Assembly (NCBI GenBank): GCA_030704615.1
Contig: CM060731.1
Span: forward strand, 10,850,001 to 10,914,000
Direction: 5' to 3'
From: Takakia lepidozioides
Lineage: Eukaryota; Plantae; Bryophyta
DNA length: 64,000 nt
Shown here: piece by piece, positions 36,308-51,051 of the stretch
Numbering within the stretch: the first letter of the stretch is position 1
Layout: each line of letters starts with the position of its first letter
The notes under the pieces: generated by a model
The model's database searches: none
What the model saw: the letters and a program-made list of their open reading frames with translations, nothing else
What the model was told of the DNA's origin: nothing
Position numbers and translations under genes: made by a program

Positions 36308-39300
36308 TTAATGAAAATGGACATTTATACTCACGGATCTAGCTCCAGTCATAGACTGCCGTTTTTTTACCAGACCTGGTAGCTCGTGGTCCAAAATCTC
36401 ATTAGCCCATGTGTAGTCAATTGGCACCTACAGATGGAGCGCTATCCTAATCAGTATGTTCTCTTTTATCTCCACATAACAAAGCTATGCATAGGAAATT
36501 AGATATTATTGTATTCTGTTCAAAGCGATACTAGACGAAGTACAAAGCCACATTTAGATGCATCCATGTTATGAAAACATTCCATAAAGCTTATGTATAG
36601 CAAAGACAAATAACTCCCATGTAGTTCGTATGCTTGCCATTATCTAATATAATGGAGGAATAGAAAGTTCATATGTACCTCAATAAGTTTTACACCTGAA
36701 TCCAAATGAAAGACACACTCATGTAATATTTGTGAGAATTAGTCAGCACTTGTGACTCGGTAGCCTGTGGCACCATAGCTGCATGCATAGGTAATAGGAC
36801 ACGAGGACCTTTTAAGCACGGTGCCAGTTCCTTGATTCCCCATCTACTCTCCACCTTGGACACTTTATAATCAAACACACAGTTAAGAGTTGGAAGACAA
36901 AAAATAAGACCGTGCCATCCTAAAACAAAGAAGTACAAAAAAAGTTTATTTAAAATGTTGATAACTGCTTACGAAAATAGCTCATTAATTGACATTTAAA
37001 TACTTCCCTCCATTATCCCACCAGTTCATTTATAGGTGTGTTGGTTAAGAGCATTCCTAACCTGTTTGCATACGCCATAAAATCAGGATTCCCAAAATCC
37101 AAGCCAAATCTGTACAAATTATTGACATTGATTTAGCTTCCATTGGAATGATGACATGGGATTGACCAATGAGCTGAAAATTTCTTCATTGCCTTAATGG
37201 GTTTGAGATATACTCATTGACCATCTCTGAATGTTGGCTCCTATGGGCATAGTCCTCATGATTTCAATCTCTCGACTAAGCAAGTTGTGTGGATTCTATC
37301 CACATCAGATATAAACTCCAAATAAAGTTGTCATAACTGCTATAACACAGCCAATGCAGACCATTTATAAAGATGTGACTGGTTGTATATCCAATGTGCA
37401 AGCCAGTCGAGATATAATATTGCTAGAAGAAATAATCGAGTCGACACTCTTGACCCCTTGTCTACAAGACTTATGTTTGCTCTCCATGTACATTAATTTA
37501 CTAGTTTGTTACACTACTTTATGACCGAGGTCTGAGGCGTAAAATATAACCTTCATTGTGATCATAAGTATTAGAGGAAATGTGTCGGCAATATCCCCCT
37601 TCATCATTGAGACGATGTATCTAAAGAGTGGAATTGTTTGGATTTTTTTGGATTTTTGGATTTTTTGGATGAGGTGCAGCTTTGGCCACTCTATCCTGGT
37701 TTAAAACCAACACCAGGATGACTCTATAGTTGTTAACCCTTCATATTCTGCAGCTTTTCTGCACGATGGGTCAAAAAAGGATTGGCAGACAAAGGCTTTG
37801 GCAAGGTTCTCCAACTCTAAGTTAGTGCTATGGTCCTTCCCATTTCCTCGCCCTCCCCACCAAAAGAATGAGAAAGGGAGATTAACTTGTCATATCCTGC
37901 ACTGTTTTGTTTCCACTTAATCATTCCAAAACCATTATCATTCAAGACGATAACAGTTAGGTTGAGTTGTAATCGAACTGCAGTTTCCATCTCCTGCACA
38001 CCATATATGATTGTTAATGTCTTCCTTATCCTTCAAGAACTCTAAAACCTATTTCTTACATGCTCGTTTAATTTCCTCATGTAAGCTATATTATTGGTTT
38101 CCTCATAATTTCAAAATGGCATGATGTGGACATTACATTCACCGTCAATGGCCATAATGAGTAGGGAAAGAGAATCCATGCCTGGGAATTCATCATAAAA
38201 CCTCCATCACCACAAACAGCAACAACTTTCTTCTCAGGGTGAAGGAGTGCCACTGCTATTGCTGACGGCAACCCTGCTCCCATGGATGCTAGAGCATTGT
38301 TGAGGAGGAGTGTATTGGGCTCAAATGCCTGTTCAACTCCCATGACCACCATCATTTTCATAACACATCTAATTATCTAGTCTACTCCACATGGTTTAAG
38401 AACTACACAAACCTAGATATGCACAATCAATCAAAAGTACGCAATGAACCACAATGAAAAACAAACCCAATTCATAAAAAAATGATTGAGCATAAACAGT
38501 TCACTTTCTGCTAGGTTGTACACTATCTCCCGTACTATAAATACAAAAGTTGGATATTGAACAATGAGAACATGTTTATAAAAACAACCAAAACTCCGCA
38601 ATCAGATGGATTATAAATAAAAAAGAGAGAAACCTTGTAGCATCGGGCAAACCAAATTTTATATAGTCCTGCACAAATGTGAAAAAAATGCTTAGGAGCA
38701 AATCAATCTTGTTCCTCAAAAGAAATTGAAGTATACTTTTCTCAAATCCCCGCCAAGATTTCTTGTTGATAAGATTGCAAAAGATAAAGGTAGGTGCAAT
38801 GAAGTATGGTACATAGGAAAAAAAGAGATCAACGGACTACCCTACTCACCATTGTCTAAGCAAACTATCCCGTCATCCGGCATCTCTTTCCTGCGTGTGA
38901 GAAATGGTCATCAAAGAAGAAGACCACCATGCATGTTTCTAAGTTCTAAGGTTGTAGTCAACATTCTCATATGGCCGATAGGGATGGAAAAATGACCATT
39001 TGGTGGCACGATATGCATTTCCATATATAGCAAGGAGAGTTGACATATGGAAAAACGCCCAGGGCTGTCCAAAGGGGGTTCGGGTGGATGACTAGAAGAC
39101 GTCCCTACACATATCATATGCTAGTTGACTAATAAATCATTTGTATTTAGCAACACACCACACCTTAAGTTCAATTGATAAATCTACTATGAGTTTGCAT
39201 CGGGTTGATTAAATAACTGAATTACCACCTGACCCTCCCCAGGAGAGGCTACACCAAAACTCAGTTCACATGAAGCATACCGTAGGTCAGAAACAATACG

Positions 39301-42300
39301 TTGAGGCATCAATGGGAAACGAGGGTCATTTGTGCCTTTGCGCAAGTGCTGCTCCAACTCATCTTTCACCTGCAAACCATCCGTAGCCAAATATTTTAGG
39401 AACTACCTACTCTCACATCTTGACGTAAAAGCTAATCACAACTTTAATTATTTATTTGTCCATTCATTTAGTCCCACTTTCTTTATTAGAAATGTGATTC
39501 CCAATAAAGTTCCCATTTACCTGCATCATGAAATAATGGTCCCAATGTGATTGCTTCTGCAAATGCTCCTTGATTTGCCAAATAGCATTGGCAATGTCCC
39601 CAACCAATTCTAACTGCACCAAAGCGGCTTAATAGTTATAAACAGTGTCTACCACTCAAACTCTGAGACGAAACATGATCCCCAAATAGCAGAAGATAGG
39701 GGTCAACTAGTGAGATTATGGGGGACAAATTACTTCATCATCAAATGAAAATCTATTTACATTCAGCCAAGACGTCGACTGTGGCTACACTTGTATAGTT
39801 AGGATCAGCTTGCAAGCCCTTGCCAAAGCCAATTAATCTTGTTGCACAAGACCTAACTTCTTGTCTACAAATTTTGTTTCAACTGATCTATGCCATCATT
39901 AGTTGGTTTGTATTCATAAGTGGTTCATCCTCCTATGAACCCAGTACTAAGCTACAGTTAGGGATATCATATGGTGAGAATATACAATACGACCGGTACC
40001 TTCCCAAGTTTATTGTCCCCATATATAACGGCAATTCTTTACACCTCATACCGTCACAGTGTCAACATCTAGCGAGATGTGAAAACTCACAAAGGCATTG
40101 GCCTACATACCTGAGGGAAGTAGACGTTGTCAACCTTTGCACTGTAAAAATTGATATGAATAACTAGGGGTGGCTCTCCATGCCTGCCAATCAGTACCCA
40201 TAACAACTTCTAACACTAGAGTCTAGTATGCATTTATAGTGCAAGTATTTCTTTGATTCTTAGTTTCCATAGATAATTACCAATTATCTGGCTTCAGTAT
40301 CTTGTTCCACATATATATAAAAATGGGATGACCAATAAGAAGCCATATACATGAATTTCTGAATGGCATTGCAGCCTTATTGTAGAGGAGCTCACAACAA
40401 AGCCTCAAAAGTTGTCTTCCTCAAATCTATTCACTGATTTGAATAGCAATTAATTTTGAATTCTAAGGCTCTTCTTCCCTCCCGACCTATCTCCTCCACT
40501 TCACAAAACAGATGTTGACACACTAACCAAGTATGGCTGTGAATCTCAATCTACAAATCAAGGAGGACAAAATGCACAAATATCAAGAGGAAGATATTAT
40601 ACCTCATAAGGAACGGAGGTTTCTCAACAAGATCATGACCAACATTGATGATTAGATCTGCTTTATCAATATAGACATGTACATAGTCTTTGGCTGACAA
40701 AGCACAACAACCTAAGTAAATTGGATGGGCCTCTGCAATTGATACAAAAAATAGCCTCCCATTAGTCTAGTTTTAAATTGTCCTTCAACTGCCACTCTCA
40801 CTTCCACACACTTCAAGGTTCTTATTTATTACTAAAATTGGATATTAAATCTTTTCTTGAATTACACTTCTCTTAAAGCAAAATATGTTGTTTGAATGTT
40901 TAATGCAAGGAATGGACCTGACAAGCTAAAGCACTTGAGCTCAACTTAGGCCAGCAACATAAAGTTTTATTTAGCCTCCTAGCTTGTCCATGTCAGTGGT
41001 AAGATTTGGTTTCTCAATTGTCATACAACTGAGCAGATATGTACCAGTAATGACACCCTTGCCCATTTGAGTTGTAACAAAGGGAATTTGTAGTTGGTCC
41101 ACGAATTCAAGAAGCCTAACATTCATCAAGAGGTAGACCGTTAGTACAAATGCTTTTGAACTTGTCATATTGCAGTAAGGCAATTAATATATTCCCCATT
41201 TTGACAATAATAGTTGTGGGATCTCATTTCCTATGTGACTCCGCCAAGAAAGTTTACAATTTTTGGGGAATATTCCAACTAAAAACCCTCTTAAAGACTA
41301 TAAAGTTGCATACAAGATAAATTGATCACTGATCTGATGGAAGATCCACTCCACCCAACCAATTACAAAACTGCACTAGTTTCCATAAGAGTTTCAACTA
41401 ATTAAGAACCCATGCAATATATCATCAACCAAGAGAAAAGATAATTTGGCTAGAAATGACCAACACTCACATCTTTCGTGTGCGTTTACGATTTGACCCA
41501 GCCCCCACTAGCAGAAGTGGATGGGAAGCTGCATGTATCAATTCGACAGCGTTCATCACAGCCTTTCCCTCCACTATAGGTCGCCTCACTGGATGCACTG
41601 GAAATGGTTTTGCATCAGTGGTGGTACCTGCGATGTCCTCAGGTAACTCCAAATGCACAGCACCTGGTCGTTCTTCCTCTGCGACTCGAACTGCCTCCCT
41701 CACTAATGACGGCACCAAATCTCCGTCAGCTATCTGCTTGGTGAACTGCAAGCATAATACCCATTGAGATGTTGTCAGCAACCTCAGCAATCAATCCAGA
41801 AAAGAATAGTTAAGTGTTTTATTGACAAAATACACAACCATGCTTCTAAATGAAAAATGAGATTGTAACAAGACTAGGCTTCTATTCTCTCCATGATCAT
41901 TCTTATGTGGCTTTCAACGTATGAACTAGAATTTTGGCCAAGAAGTGCGCCCCTCCTAGCCCCTCTGCATTGATATGATCTCTGAAACTCTCTCTCCCAA
42001 CTCCCTCAAATAAATAAATAAATAAATTCCAAATCATCTCTCTTCTTAAGACCATAGCATATAACACTCTTGCCGCAACCAATCCAAATTAATCAAGTGT
42101 ACAATTTGCACTCAAGAAAATGAAGACAAAACACAAGAACAGTCAACATCCTGCAACCAATCTCCCGCACTTAGCATCATATTTCATGCAATGCCACTGT
42201 TGAGGCCCAAACGATAAATATTATTTAAGACTCTTATAAGGTCCTTAGAGAAGACTGACCTACCTTTGTGAGAGGTCGCATAATTTCGACAACGTCCACA

Positions 42301-43934
42301 ATCTGAAATGAACCTTGCTTGCTATGTCGAATTGGCTTTTGGCCTGTGATCATCATCTGTATTGCCCATCCATCCCATCCATCAACACTCTTCCATCTTA
42401 CAGATAAGGCCTGGTCATCTTCCAACAATTTTGGAAAGATCTCTATCTCTCACACACATAGACAGACCGTCACACACACCCCTCTTCATTTGTAAAGAAC
42501 TTTAGAGTATTACCATGGGAAAACCAGCCAACTGTGCATATGCAGCAGCTGTGGCAAAGAGGTCGCACCAGGTCCAAGGGTAGACATGCACACACCAACC
42601 TTCCAAGTTAGGCGACCCACAGTGGCAGCCATGAAGCCTGCAGCCTGCTCATGTCGTGTCATCACCAACCTTATGCTTGACCCTCGCAATGACTCCAAAA
42701 AATCTAGATTTTCCTCTCCAGGTATGCCAAAAATGTATCTTGCACAAAGTATCAATAGAATCCATGTCAGCGTTCGAATATTATTCCGCTTATTCATGCA
42801 GTCCAAAGCAAGAGCCAAACTTTGTTTGATGTAAAACAAAAGGTTGTTCAAGCACCAAGATCAAGCATGGGGATGCAAATGTTTTTCCGCTTCGGATACG
42901 AGGCTAAGGTTGTTGAATAGGCCGGTCAAACTGTAAGTACCCACATAGAAGAAACCCTGCTGCTTGATGTGTAGCCATGATTATGAAGATGGTCCATTTT
43001 CTACTGCCCATCGAGTGTGAACGTCTTCCGAGGGGGTGCCCTCTCCACAACCATCAAGAACATATTTGAGTATGTGCACCCAAAAAGTGAGAGTACTCGT
43101 CGATCTATGTTTTTAAGTAAATGTTTGTTTAAAATAAGTGATATAATGAACAACTTTATTGGCAAAATCTGAAAGCCACAATGACCTTCACTCCTAAGGT
43201 AAGCCCACCATGAAGCTCATATTCCACAATTCACCAAAGTCTCATGCATGCCCTTAGGTTTATTATTGATATTACCTCCATAGCTAAATTCAGGATTGAA
43301 AAATCACATGTATAAGACATTGTGACAACACCTACTAAACAACCTTCCGGAATAGTACTAACTCATGTTCTTCCACCATAATAGATCATTGTGTATCAGT
43401 ATCAATACAAGATCTCAAATGCAAAATAAACGTAACAAGTTACACACTGTCTCTTGGATTGAATCCAGCTCTAACGGTCTCAAGTTTCACTAGAAAAAAT
43501 GGACAGAAAAAAACAAGCTGAGAGAAATTGTAAGACACCTAGTAAGGATGGACAGTTTGCAAGCTGTTGCGAGGGACAAAATTTCAATGTCTCAAGTAAC
43601 TTCTCAAATGAAGATATAAAATAAATGTGCCACCTACGCTAATAACGCACTATCGCCCAACGTATTTAGACAGAGAGAGAAAAAAGAGAAGTGGGGGAAA
43701 GAGGTGGAAAACAACTTCAACTAATAAAAAGCTGCATACCCGCCTTAATCATCATTGGAACTAATTTTGTTGTAGGAGCGTGAAATTGCAAGTGACACAA
43801 AGAATATGGATAGTGATGGCAATGTGCTATACTCACTTGATGTTCTCATTCTCCAGAGCGCTAACCATGACATCCGAAGTCTTGCGTTTGTCTTCCAGTC
43901 CCATTGCCACCTGCGTTGCTGTGTGCAAATCCAT
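36308..43934 (-). pseudogene. Bacterial-type acetolactate synthase large subunit-like ThDP enzyme, 16 exons, with one frameshift and one in-frame stop
   Basis: ATG at 43934. Motifs ALENENIKYIFGIPGEENLD, TRHEQAAGF, ITGQKP, ERPGAVHLELPEDIA, TTQMGKG, DNGLYKIWFAR, NALASMGAGLPSA, GDGGFMMNSQEMETAVRL..LNDNGFGMIKWKQ, FGLDFGNPDF. One base missing at ~42560 and TAA at 36739-36741. One GC donor at 38181. Confidence 0.9.
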
Positions 43935-46555
43935 GCTTGGTTGGCTTTCCCAGCTTCCTCCCGCATAAAGTGGCACACTGAGGTTGTTTTAAGATTTCTA
44001 TGCCATTTTCTTTTTTCTTTTTTCCCAGGGTGGTTACAAAGTGCCTACTGTGAATCCCCTGTCAGGTACACCTAACTGCCGGAAGCCCAAGTGTCATTGG
44101 TCTAGTTAATCTAAAATGCGTGTTTGATATTTAACTTGTGATAGGGGCCTGCTACCAACTTCTGCCCAATACGTTTTGGCCCTCATTTTGTGTTATTTGT
44201 TCTTCAATGATGGAAGAGGACCAGTGTGAGGCAGATATAGACCAATTCAGAATATATCATTTTGGGTATCAGTGAGTATTTTTGATATCCGGGTAGTTGA
44301 GAACTGGTTATGGGTCCAGCTATGTGAATGAAATCTGGTTATAACTCTGAATATGTCGGCGGCTATTAGCGATCCGGATCTCTCGTTTATATACCCGCTG
44401 ACCTGATCTTTCATGATCTCATTACTGAATGGTATTGAGTTGAGTATATAGCAATGTTGTGGTAGATATGTGGCAAGAATCCGGGTAACCTGGACCGGGA
44501 ACCGGGACCCGAACCCGAACCCGCAACCTCACCAAATATCCGGACCCCTGTTTCATTTCAAAATTGAACACGGACCCACTGAGTGGATCCAAGACCCCCT
44601 ATAGCCGCTATCCGGTAGGTCGGGCACGGGTTTTAAGTTTAATATATAGGTAAACTTTAAGGATTTTTTAGGCCGATTCTGCGTTTTAGAGGCAAACTAA
44701 GAAGCAGAATGTGCAATGCTGGCGCAATATGCTTTGGCATAATCTAGGCTTGATTTTGTAAGCCAATCAGTGGCTACAGAGACGTTGCTCATTATACTCT
44801 TCAAATTATCACCAATCTGACGTTGTAAAAGCCCATTAAGGTGCAACCTCTGCTTGGCAGAATGGGCAGCGGCTTGCCCATTCCATAATATATAAAATAA
44901 AATGTGGCACTTACCTTTATACTTGTGCTGGCCACCTCTCTTCCCTCACTTGAGCTTCTCGAATGTAATGCTCCTCCTCCTCTCTCTCCTTTGGTTTTTT
45001 GTTTTTTGGCTACACATTAGTGTAAAAAATCGATAAGCCCCGGTTGTGCCTTCCCCAGGTGTCACCTCCTCTTCTTTGTTGAAAACTCGTTCCTGATGTG
45101 TCTTCTCCAGGTAACACCTCTCTCGGGTGATTTCTCTGGTATTGAACAACAGAAATAAATGGATGGGTTTCCAGGTTTAATTAATATGAATCCCAGCTCT
45201 CGGCTAGGATTCACAGTGTAATCAGAAAATTTCCATCTGTCTAAATCAACATCAAGAGCACCTTCTGTATAAAATCTCTTTATTTGGATCATAATCATCA
45301 TCAGAGGAGTCTCCATCCAACGAAGTCATGATCAGAGTTGGGCATGTCATCTATGTATGCAACCCCGACCATCTGTTCAACCGAGCAAAGAAATTGAGAA
45401 TCCAAATCGAGCAAAGTGTATAGAATAGAGGATACAATGTAAATACCAATTCAACCAAAAACAAAAAGGGTTAATTATGGCACAATCCTAGAAGTCACTT
45501 GGGACATTGTGGGGATATGTGAACTATTTCTTGTATTTTTCTCTGGCTGTAGATACTAGATGAGGATGCCATGTCCTCCAAGTGCAGAGACATAGTCACC
45601 TTTACCTTAACAATTTGTCCCAAAGGACCCAATGCTTCTTCATTTGGCTATGACCAGCAATGTCTCTACCGGCTTTTTGTGAGGTACAAATGACATGGTT
45701 GGGAGATCTTTCATCATCCCCCTCATCGAAATCAAAAGCAGGTCGTGTGAAATTCTTACCTAATTGTCTTGCTAGAGCTCTCAGCCTCATCGTGGCTAGT
45801 AGAGTGTGATTCAAAGTCTAGCCAAACCGCTACTCTCAATAGGTCATTCATCTCCCTAGAGAAACCCTACGGATTATCCTTTTCTCTCCGCTCGACCTAG
45901 CCCAACACCGAGCCACAACTTGCCTCCACAAAGATGTCAAAAATTGGTTAGATGAAGAAAGCTAGACCATCGAATGTCACCTTTTGGTCACTTCAATGCA
46001 ATGAGGTTCTAAGTCCTCAATCAAGGCGCCCACACACACTGCAATTTACGAGGGTGATGCACCCAGCTGCGCCTAAGCCAATTTTGCGATAACAGCAGCC
46101 TTAGCAGTTAAATGCCTTGATACAGATGGGGAAAGATTTCCAGAATCCATAGCGACTTCATAACACCTTATCCCAACTCTCTCCAACAAGCGGCAAGCCG
46201 CTGCCAGCTATACGAGCAATAATCACGTTGCAATGAGGAGTGCTTAGCCTACACTCTCATTTTGGTTTGCACCTTACTTCCGTGCACTCTTTCTCAAGCA
46301 CAACATAAAATGAAGATCTTACAAAAACAAACATGTATGTCTCAAATCCTTACGCATTAAGTGATGCCGGCTACTCATAATCCACACATGAGAAGGAAGA
46401 CAACGACTCATTGCACGCAAAACAGCCAAATACTCCAAAGATGACATCATTGTCAAAAATACGTAAATCCAAACTACAACTTCCCGAAATAAAACCTACA
46501 CTGAATGTCCATTGGTAAAGCCTTTATCAAATTCCCTCAATTATATATATAATAT

Positions 46556-46890
46556 AATTGTTGGGCGGTTATTTGATTTTTTTTATAACTGGCGGTTCCT
46601 AGAAAACTATTAACCTGCGATTGTGGTTATTAAATTTTTATGGCTAGATATAACTTGCCGGTTACGGTTATTTGCAAAAACCTCAAATAACCGGCGGTTT
46701 TCATCAAATAACCGTGGGTATTGGGCGGTTCTTTAAAAGGTTTTTTGCTCGGTTATTTGAATGTGTGATCTCCGCTGGTTCCTAACTGGACTGGTTACTT
46801 CATTTTTCACCTCCGCCGGTCATATATACATATAACCGGATAGGTAACCGCCGGGTATTAGAGAGAATCTCAAATAACCGCCCAACACTG
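46556..46890. mobile_element. hAT-like MITE
   Basis: TGTTGGGCGGTTATTTGA ... TCAAATAACCGCCCAACACTG terminal inverted repeats with internal (C)GGTTAT/ATAACCG sub-repeats. Confidence 0.75.
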
Positions 46891-49760
46891 GTTCATAGCA
46901 GTAATATTCAATTATGAACAATTTTATGTTTCTTTCTATCTTGTGTTGGTTACCTTTAGCATTTTTGGTTGAAATATATCTTGTTGTTTCTTTAGGGAGT
47001 CGATCCCGATTCCCAATACTGGTTTCATTGCTCACCCAAACATTAATATGGACTGATGCATTAGAGCCACTTTAGACTACGAACCAAAACCAAGAAACCT
47101 TTGTCCGGATATTAGATGCAAATTAAAATATTAATATCCTAGGGACCAAAGTGTGTATGAAGGCCGTGGACCAAGATCAAGACCAAGACCAAAAAACTTA
47201 AAATGAGGTGTATCATCTTCATCTGTCATCCAACATTCAAGATTGATTTTAATGGACGGTCACAATCATTTGAGAAATTATATTTTGGATGAAAATAGAT
47301 TTCATTGTTCACAAAAAGGAGCCATACGCGTCTAGCCGCTTGTTTAGGGTGTGGTGTGCAGTTTTCTTGCCATGCTGACCTATGAGGCTTATTATATTTC
47401 TTACCATGTCTAAGAGTTGAAATTGATGGGTGGATCTTAAATTATATTTCAATTCGTGTGTCATCATGTATGTAATTTGTGAAGGAGCCATATGTATGGT
47501 ACAAAACATGTGTCCGAAAATAAACTTTGTCATTCCAATTTAGCTTTTTTTCCAGCCAAATATAATTTTTACTTCTAATTATTCTCAATTTTTTAGTTTA
47601 TGTAATCAATTAATTAGGTCCCGGACTTGCTAAATATTTTCCAGCACCTACCCAGACCCTGACCCGACCCCATGTTCAAATACCCGGACCTGGATTTTCC
47701 CAATTTCAAAAACACGGATCCAGACCCAGACTTGGCTGTAGAAAAAAAACACCTGGCTGTAGAAAAAAACCCAAACCCGGACCTGGCGGCTCCTTTAAAG
47801 GCACTACCCCCGCACAACACTAATATATAGGTCCGATTTCCGCACTACTGAGTGGGCTAGAATGACATCATACCTTGCACCTAGCCACCTGCGATAAGGA
47901 CAAGCGTCGTCGACGTTCTATTGTGAGTCAAGTAGGCGAAGAATTGGTGTAATGAAAAATTATTGAAGAATACTAGCTTAGAATGCACATGATTAGCCTA
48001 TGTTCGGATATTGCCATCCATAGTCAACTTAGTTGTTGCCCTTAGTATGAGAAGTGGCGATATCCCCAGTAATGTGGAAAGAGTACACCTGCCTGTCGCA
48101 ATAATGTGAGCAATTGGAAATCAGCACTAGCAGATGGAACTTACAGTTTTACGTGGCTTCATTACCAAAGTGGGCATTGGTGTGTAGAGTTGAAAGTAAG
48201 GGCGAGCTAGGCGGTGCACCTTGCAGAATCGGCAGGGGTACCCCCATACTAGCATGTTGTTGAGGGGGCCTATTCGGCCACTATTCCCGTGAATTCCCGT
48301 GATTTTCTCTCGATTGCCCGCAATTTCCCTCGATTACCCGTGATTTGCCATATGGAACAATGATTAGAACGGCGGGGTGTACCCTATAACCCCCTCCTGC
48401 TCATTTCTCATTTGTGTCCCTCTCTATCTCCACTCCTGGTCGTGAGCTCTGCTTTGCGGTATTGTGCTGTTGTTATGCTGTTTTTTCCAGTGCAGTTGTG
48501 CTAATTTTTGTGATTGTTTCCGTTGTATCTGGCTCATCAGTTATCATTTGTGTTGGTTAGTTTTTGTATTCTCGACTTCTTAATATGTGATGGTTAAGCT
48601 GCCGCACGGTTTGTCATGATCTCGGTGGTTTGTTTGGTGCTTAGAATTTGGAAGCACAACGGAAATCAATTTTTATCAAATTCATGCGTGTTCAATGTCC
48701 AGATACGTTCATGGTTCTAATTTCACAAGATCTTTTGTTGCGCAGGGCTACGACCACAGGTGGGAGTGTACATTAGTCTTGTACGCTCACTCTTTCCTTG
48801 AGATCTACTTGTCATTCTGTCACTTAGTGGTCAGTTTACGAAAAACGGTGTAAGAAGGCATAAAACGAATCTTATTTCTAACAAAATTTGATTCTTAATT
48901 TATTGAAACAAGAGGAAATAAGAGCTTTACCTCGAGAAACACTAAGGGAATCGACTATGTAACGGCAAGGACGAAGCTCCATCGTAGAAAATGAATCTAA
49001 ACATAAACTTGGAAGTTATGGGAACGATTGAACCTATGAGTGAATTAAATTTGTGTCAAAATTTATTCATTTATCGGACAAGATGGCGAAATAAATCGAT
49101 TCTATAGTAATAACCAATAAAGGAGCTATAAGCAACAACTGTAAATAACCTCTTTTTAATTTCAAATATATATATTTTTAAATATTTTTGAGATAATATT
49201 TGCACATAAAAATTTTATTTATTACATAATTCCATTAAATAGAAAAATATGTTATCTTACCGACACTATTTCTTCTTATTCATCTGGATTTTTTTTTTCA
49301 TCTGATTTTTTCTACATTGAAAGTGGGACAACTTATATATTTATTATATATTATATATTTTGTATTCTGTAAAATTTAAAAAAAATACAAAAAAATTATT
49401 CACAAAGAGCCGGATGAGAGAAAACTTTCATGTCCGATTTTGAAGTAGAGATGGAATAATGGATCGACTATACCCCTAAAAGAACAAGATTCTGTAAACA
49501 ACATAGAGGGAGATGAAGGGGATATCTACTCGAGGCAATCGTATTTGTTTTGGTAAATCTGCCTTTCAAGCAGAGCTTGCCTGCCGATACGTTTGTGTTG
49601 TATTGGATATTGCACTGAAATGTTTGTAGATAATGCGATAAAATGCTCTGGTGAGGCTGGTCTAGGCCGTAAAAGAAAACCATGTAACTATATTACTCGT
49701 GACCAATAGCGAGATATTTTGAATCTTCTTCTCATCTGCAGAATCAAGCCAAGAGGTTGA

Positions 49761-50161
49761 TGTAACACCCAGGATCTACACAAACTAGAATAGAAGTATT
49801 TCTCAATTATTTTCCAAAACAACTCGATGTCTTCTAGGCTTTCATTGCAGGTTTATATACCCTTCACAATATGATTATTTTAAAGATTTGACTTGAGAGC
49901 CTCAAGTCAAAGCTTCATGAAGTCAACCTTCCTAGGCTTGACATATTCTCCACAATATGACTTTATCAAAGATACATCATAAAGTCAACATTCCTAGGTT
50001 TGATATATTCTCCATAATATGAATATCTTAGAGGTTTGACTTGAGAGCCTCATGTCAAACTTCCATAAGTCAAACTTCTTAGGATCATTCTTAATTATTC
50101 TGAAAACTTCTAGGGAACTTTCCTCCTCTATTTAGAACCTTCTAGATTTTACTCTGTTACA
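49761..50161 (-). repeat. 3' LTR of a chromovirus with adjacent polypurine tract
   Basis: TGTAACA..TGTTACA termini. Minus-strand GAAAGAGAGAAGGAT lies immediately before it, after the chromodomain EEWEVDRVLKKR..EYLVLWK. Confidence 0.9.
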
Positions 50162-51051
50162 ATCCTTCTCTCTTTCATGAAGCAACGTCCTCGTTGTTCG
50201 AATTTTCAAAAGCTTGAATTCCCAATTGAGCATTTGTGAGATTTTGCACCGGGTCTCAGGTAGATTCATATAATGGAAATCATTTCCATAAAACTAAATA
50301 CTCCAATACCTCAAGTCGCCCTCGTTTATATATGCGTTTTTTCAAAACACGGTCAACCTCCCACTCTTCATGTTTTGGAAAAGCTTATTTGGTTTTTTTA
50401 AAACCAAATTAGCTATGTCAACAGCCTATCATCCGGAGTCAGATGGACAGACATAGCGAGCGAATCGTACAATTGAAGACATGTTGCGGGCTTTCACGTT
50501 AGAAGAACAAGAAGAGTGTGATTGGTTATTACCAATTGGTAGAATTTTCATACAATAACTCGGTCAACGCGTCAACGAAAGAAACTCATTTCTTTTTTAT
50601 GTATGGTGAACATCCAAATGTGCCAACAACTCTTACAAAGTTCAAGTTACCAAATGAGGAGTTATCCAAGGTAGCCGCGACTAACGTATTTGTGCAACAA
50701 ATTCGACGAGGAGTACGTTAAGCTAAAGAGAAGCTGATGGTTGCCCAAAATCGCCAAAAGCAGTATGCAAATGCACGTCGACGGGATGAGGAGTTTGCAG
50801 TTGGGGATCAAGTGTGGTTGTCTACAACCAATTTACACATCATTGGATCGCGAAAACTATGGGCACGGTTCATTGGTCATTTTTTCGATCATTAACGTAT
50901 TAGAGCAATAACATACAAGCTGGAGTTACCACCACATATGAAGATCCACCCGGTGTTTCACGTTTCTCTACTACGTCGTTACGAACCTCGACCATCAATA
51001 TTAAAAGATAATCAAGAACCACAACATTTACCAGAGTTGATAGACGGATGA

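Noticed and set aside
44270-47820. Larger hAT-like element bounded by CCGG/ACCCG-rich blocks
   Set aside because: No matching TIR pair or transposase motif could be established.
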